The notes beneath the pieces were generated by a model, which was not told the origin of the DNA, made no database searches, and worked only from the letters and a program-made list of their open reading frames with translations. From contig CAVQRT010000014.1 of assembly GCA_963715195.1 (NCBI GenBank), forward strand, positions 30,333 through 94,332: DNA of 64,000 bases, given 5' to 3'. Source of the DNA: Thermodesulfovibrionales bacterium. GTDB taxonomy: Bacteria > Nitrospirota > Thermodesulfovibrionia > Thermodesulfovibrionales > SM23-35. The position numbers were made by a program, and so were the translations under genes. Position 1 is the stretch's first letter. Each line of letters opens with the position of its first letter. Below, piece by piece: positions 60,826 through 64,000 of this stretch.

Positions 60826-62376
60826 GTGAGCCGCTTTCTCTTTCCGATACTTCTTCTTGCCATTTTTTTTTCCTTTTTCAGACTTGGATCCGTGACACTC
60901 TTTGATGTCGATGAGGCGGTATTTTCTGAGGCAACAAAGGAGATGGTGGAAAGTGGCAATTGGATAACTCCAACCTATAACGGAGAAAATCGTTATGACA
61001 AACCTATTCTATTCTACTGGTTCATGGCTGTTTCGTATAAGATATTCGGGATAAATGAATTTGGAGCACGGTTCCCCTCTGCTGTTGCTTCATGTTTGCT
61101 TATGGGCGCTCTTTTTTTCTTCGCACAGCGTCTTCAGGATGAAAAAACTGCACTGTATGCTACGTTGCCTTTTGTGTTATCCCTGTCTTTTTTTGTGTAT
61201 TCCCATGCTGCGGTGACAGATATGACATTGACCCTTTTTATAACTCTCTCGTTATTCTCTTTTTATTTATCGGTGTCTGGCGAAAAGGGACATTCAGGCC
61301 GAGATGCAATGTACTGCTATGGATTTTATCTTTTTTCTGCATTTGCCTTTCTTACCAAGGGATTAATAGGAGTAGTGTTCCCCTTCGGTATTGCACTGGT
61401 CTATATGATCGGTACGGAGAAGTGGAGCGGTATCAAAAAGGTATTCAGACTCAAAGGACTTATACTTTTTCTCCTGATCTCTGCTCCCTGGTTCATTGCA
61501 CAATTTTCGATAAACGGTCGGGAGTTCTTTGACCAGTTTATTCTCAAACACCACTTTAGAAGATATTTAGGAGTTATTTCAGGACATAAAGGCCCTTTCT
61601 ATTATTACATCCCGGTATTGCTTATCGGTTTATTCCCATGGATTGGATACCTTCCGGCTGGAATCAGGAATACATTGAAAGAAAAGGAGAGGCTTTACCT
61701 TTTTGCTTTGTTATGGGTCGCTTTTATATTTGTGTTCTTCTCATTTTCCACTACAAAACTCCCTAATTATATCCTCCCAGCGATTCCTGCTGTTTCTCTG
61801 CTTATTGCCTCTGGTATGAAAGTTAAACATAAAAGATGGCGGCAGTTCTCCCATTACTTCATGGCAGCTTTGGCACTACTCATAAGTGCTGCTTTTCTGA
61901 TTTCAAGCCGATATCTTGCAAAATTCGGGATTGATGATTTTGCATGGCTTTACGTGTTAGCAGCAATACCTATCGCGGTAGTCGTTTTGGGCGTGTATTC
62001 TGCATTGACGGAAAAAGGATTTTATATTGTTTTATCCGGCTTAATGATTCTTTTTTTATCAATGCTCTCGATAAAGGTATTACCTGTGATAAACAACTAT
62101 CTCCAGGGCACACTCCATCAATATAGTTTATATGCGAAGGGAAGACTCTCCCCGGATGAAAGTGTTTTTGTGTATGGCATCAACAACCCGAGCATCGCCT
62201 TTTATTCAGGCCATAAAGTAATAACCCTTAGAGGGAAGAATGATCTTAAAGATCTATCTCATACTGTGGACCATGCTCTTCTTATTACGAAAACGAAGAA
62301 CATTGAGATTATAGAAAATTTGGGGTTTCATGTATTAGAGAAAGATGAAAGATATGCAATTCTTGAAAGAAAATAA
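60826..62376 (+). CDS. ArnT/PMT-like GT-C glycosyltransferase (family 39/83)
   Basis: DVDEAVF..EM..SGNWITP, DKPILFYW, LTKG, TKLPNYILP. Confidence 0.9.
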   Translation: MSRFLFPILLLAIFFSFFRLGSVTLFDVDEAVFSEATKEMVESGNWITPTYNGENRYDKPILFYWFMAVSYKIFGINEFGARFPSAVASCLLMGALFFFAQRLQDEKTALYATLPFVLSLSFFVYSHAAVTDMTLTLFITLSLFSFYLSVSGEKGHSGRDAMYCYGFYLFSAFAFLTKGLIGVVFPFGIALVYMIGTEKWSGIKKVFRLKGLILFLLISAPWFIAQFSINGREFFDQFILKHHFRRYLGVISGHKGPFYYYIPVLLIGLFPWIGYLPAGIRNTLKEKERLYLFALLWVAFIFVFFSFSTTKLPNYILPAIPAVSLLIASGMKVKHKRWRQFSHYFMAALALLISAAFLISSRYLAKFGIDDFAWLYVLAAIPIAVVVLGVYSALTEKGFYIVLSGLMILFLSMLSIKVLPVINNYLQGTLHQYSLYAKGRLSPDESVFVYGINNPSIAFYSGHKVITLRGKNDLKDLSHTVDHALLITKTKNIEIIENLGFHVLEKDERYAILERK

Positions 62377-63007
62377 AAACTATTTTTCATAGTATTGATC
62401 CTCCCTTTGGTTTTCTTTTATGTTGACAGTAGGGCTATCCCATGGATGAAAAGGATAAGGGGCGAAATGTCGTTTCTTTATCATTTCTTAGAATCTGTTG
62501 ATCCCGTTATAAATGTTATTTCACACGGTGCAACACTTGCAATTATTGCGGGTATGCTTTATTTCGTTGGTAAATTTAACAATAAAAAACTATATGAAGC
62601 AGGAAAATATTCTGTTCATAGGGTTTCTCCTGTCCGGCATTATTGTTCAAATAATCAAGCATCTTTTTGGCAGGGCAAGACCGCGGCTTATGGATGAGTT
62701 CCTTTTTGTCGGCCCTACATTAAAAGGCGGATATGATTCATTCCCTTCAGGTCACACTGCGGTCGTATTCTGTTTCGTATATATCCTTTCGCAATATTTC
62801 CCAAGATACAGAATTCTGTTCTATCTCTATGCTGTTTTCGCCGCGTTCGAACGGTTTGAAAATTCTTCTCATTTCCCTTCTGATGTTCTGGCAGGTGCAG
62901 TTCTTGGTATCATTGTTGGGAAGCTAATGTTTAAAATATTCAAGGCTAAACAATTGCCTGAGCATTCAACAAAAAGGTCTGTTCCGCATTCCGAATCCTC
63001 AATATAA
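62353..63007 (+). pseudogene. PAP2-family phosphatase (frameshifted)
   Basis: KHLFGRARP, SFPSGHT, R....HFPSDVLAG; N-terminal part in another frame (shift near 62608); start uncertain. Confidence 0.82.
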
Positions 63008-63014
63008 ACAGAGA

Positions 63015-63851
63015 ATGTTTAAAAGCATAACCGATAAATATATGAATAGAACAGTTTCTTTACTGTTGCTTTTCTGTTTGCTATTCCCTTTATTGTCCTT
63101 TGCAGAAGAGAGGGACGTGAATATACAGAAATCGTTAGAAGCCAGTGTTTCACTCAATTGGGGCCCTATCGATGGTTTTGTGCAGACACCTGCTGGAGGC
63201 AGACTTGGCACATCATCTAAGAAGCGTCCATCACTGGATGAATTGGGTATAGATGAAAGTCTATATTATGACCTTCTTGTTTCCTATCATTGGAGAAAAA
63301 GCACTGTTTATGCAGGCTCTCAGTTTATCCGGCTTTCTAATGCAGGGGTTTTAAGAAGAGATCTGGTGAGTCACGGGATGGAGTTTGCTGCTGGAACTCC
63401 CTTTGATGCAGATATTGCCTTTGATTGGTATAGGGTTGGAATATCATATTCATTCCTTGGCGAGGGTAGAATGCCAACAATTTCTCCTAAAATAGAACTC
63501 GCTTTCTTAGACTTTGATTATACTCTTGATACGCCTGATGGAAATGCACACAGGGATTATATTAAGTTAGCCCCGCGGGTTGGGGTAGAAGTAAAGATGC
63601 CATTAACAGGTATTCTTGATCTGAAATTAGACGCTGCAACCTCTATCCCCTTTTCAAACACGCCAATAATTTCCAATGTGGCTGCCGAACTTGGAGCTCA
63701 TATTTTCAGGACAAGTTCTATTGTTGATGCTCGAATATTTTCCAGAATCGGCTACCAACGGATTGATTATGAAGACAACCAGGAGCTTCCGAATCATGTT
63801 CGGCTGGAGATGGAACCATTTCTTGCGATAGGGTTAAACGTATTATTCTAA
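63015..63851 (+). CDS. putative outer-membrane beta-barrel protein
   Basis: Signal peptide, alternating beta-strand pattern, C-terminal IGLNVLF. Confidence 0.7.
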   Translation: MFKSITDKYMNRTVSLLLLFCLLFPLLSFAEERDVNIQKSLEASVSLNWGPIDGFVQTPAGGRLGTSSKKRPSLDELGIDESLYYDLLVSYHWRKSTVYAGSQFIRLSNAGVLRRDLVSHGMEFAAGTPFDADIAFDWYRVGISYSFLGEGRMPTISPKIELAFLDFDYTLDTPDGNAHRDYIKLAPRVGVEVKMPLTGILDLKLDAATSIPFSNTPIISNVAAELGAHIFRTSSIVDARIFSRIGYQRIDYEDNQELPNHVRLEMEPFLAIGLNVLF

Positions 63852-64000
63852 ATAAATAGTATGTCCCAGCCTTCACACGATCCCGCCGTGTTTATTTACA
63901 AGGCTAACATGCACTTATTTAGGAATATTCAAGTTAGCGTGTTTGATGAAGGAGTTTTCCAGCCGCCTTTTGGAATACGCAGAACAATATAAATGGGAAT

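Noticed and set aside
63903..63938. GCTAAC...GTTAGC as an attC
   Set aside because: Too short (36 bp) for attC; kept only as context for the possible target site.
1..64000. tRNA or rRNA genes
   Set aside because: None recognised by eye in the intergenic gaps; tRNAscan-SE or barrnap would be decisive.

Overview
Bacterial chromosomal window, probably from an anaerobic diderm of the Nitrospirota/Desulfobacterota type (inferred from gene content, not established). About 1-42 kb is core genome, intact apart from one helicase remnant. It carries rseP-dxr-cdsA-uppS, nusB and the rib genes, lepB, glucokinase, recN, livHMGF, dapL-folK-diguanylate cyclase, hisH, a glutaredoxin/ferredoxin:thioredoxin-reductase pair, glyS, tsaB-rimI, amrS, wrbA, msrB and tamB-bamA-surA-pdxA. 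About 42-64 kb is a visibly AT-richer accessory region with many frameshifts. It holds an attC-like hairpin, redox genes, two IS3-family elements, kup behind a c-di-AMP riboswitch, an orphan tatA, a sigma54 two-component module and a GT39/PAP2/beta-barrel cluster. Two candidates for undescribed systems stand out. (1) A 2142-bp element encoding only two tandem tyrosine recombinases, bounded by perfect 14-bp inverted repeats and a 7-bp direct repeat (GATGAAG); a diverged inverted copy and a possible empty target site are also in the window. (2) A hydrophobic leader ORF ending in RSPP directly upstream of tatA, followed by a hairpin that could sequester the tatA Shine-Dalgarno sequence, suggesting a ribosome-arrest peptide that controls a Tat component.
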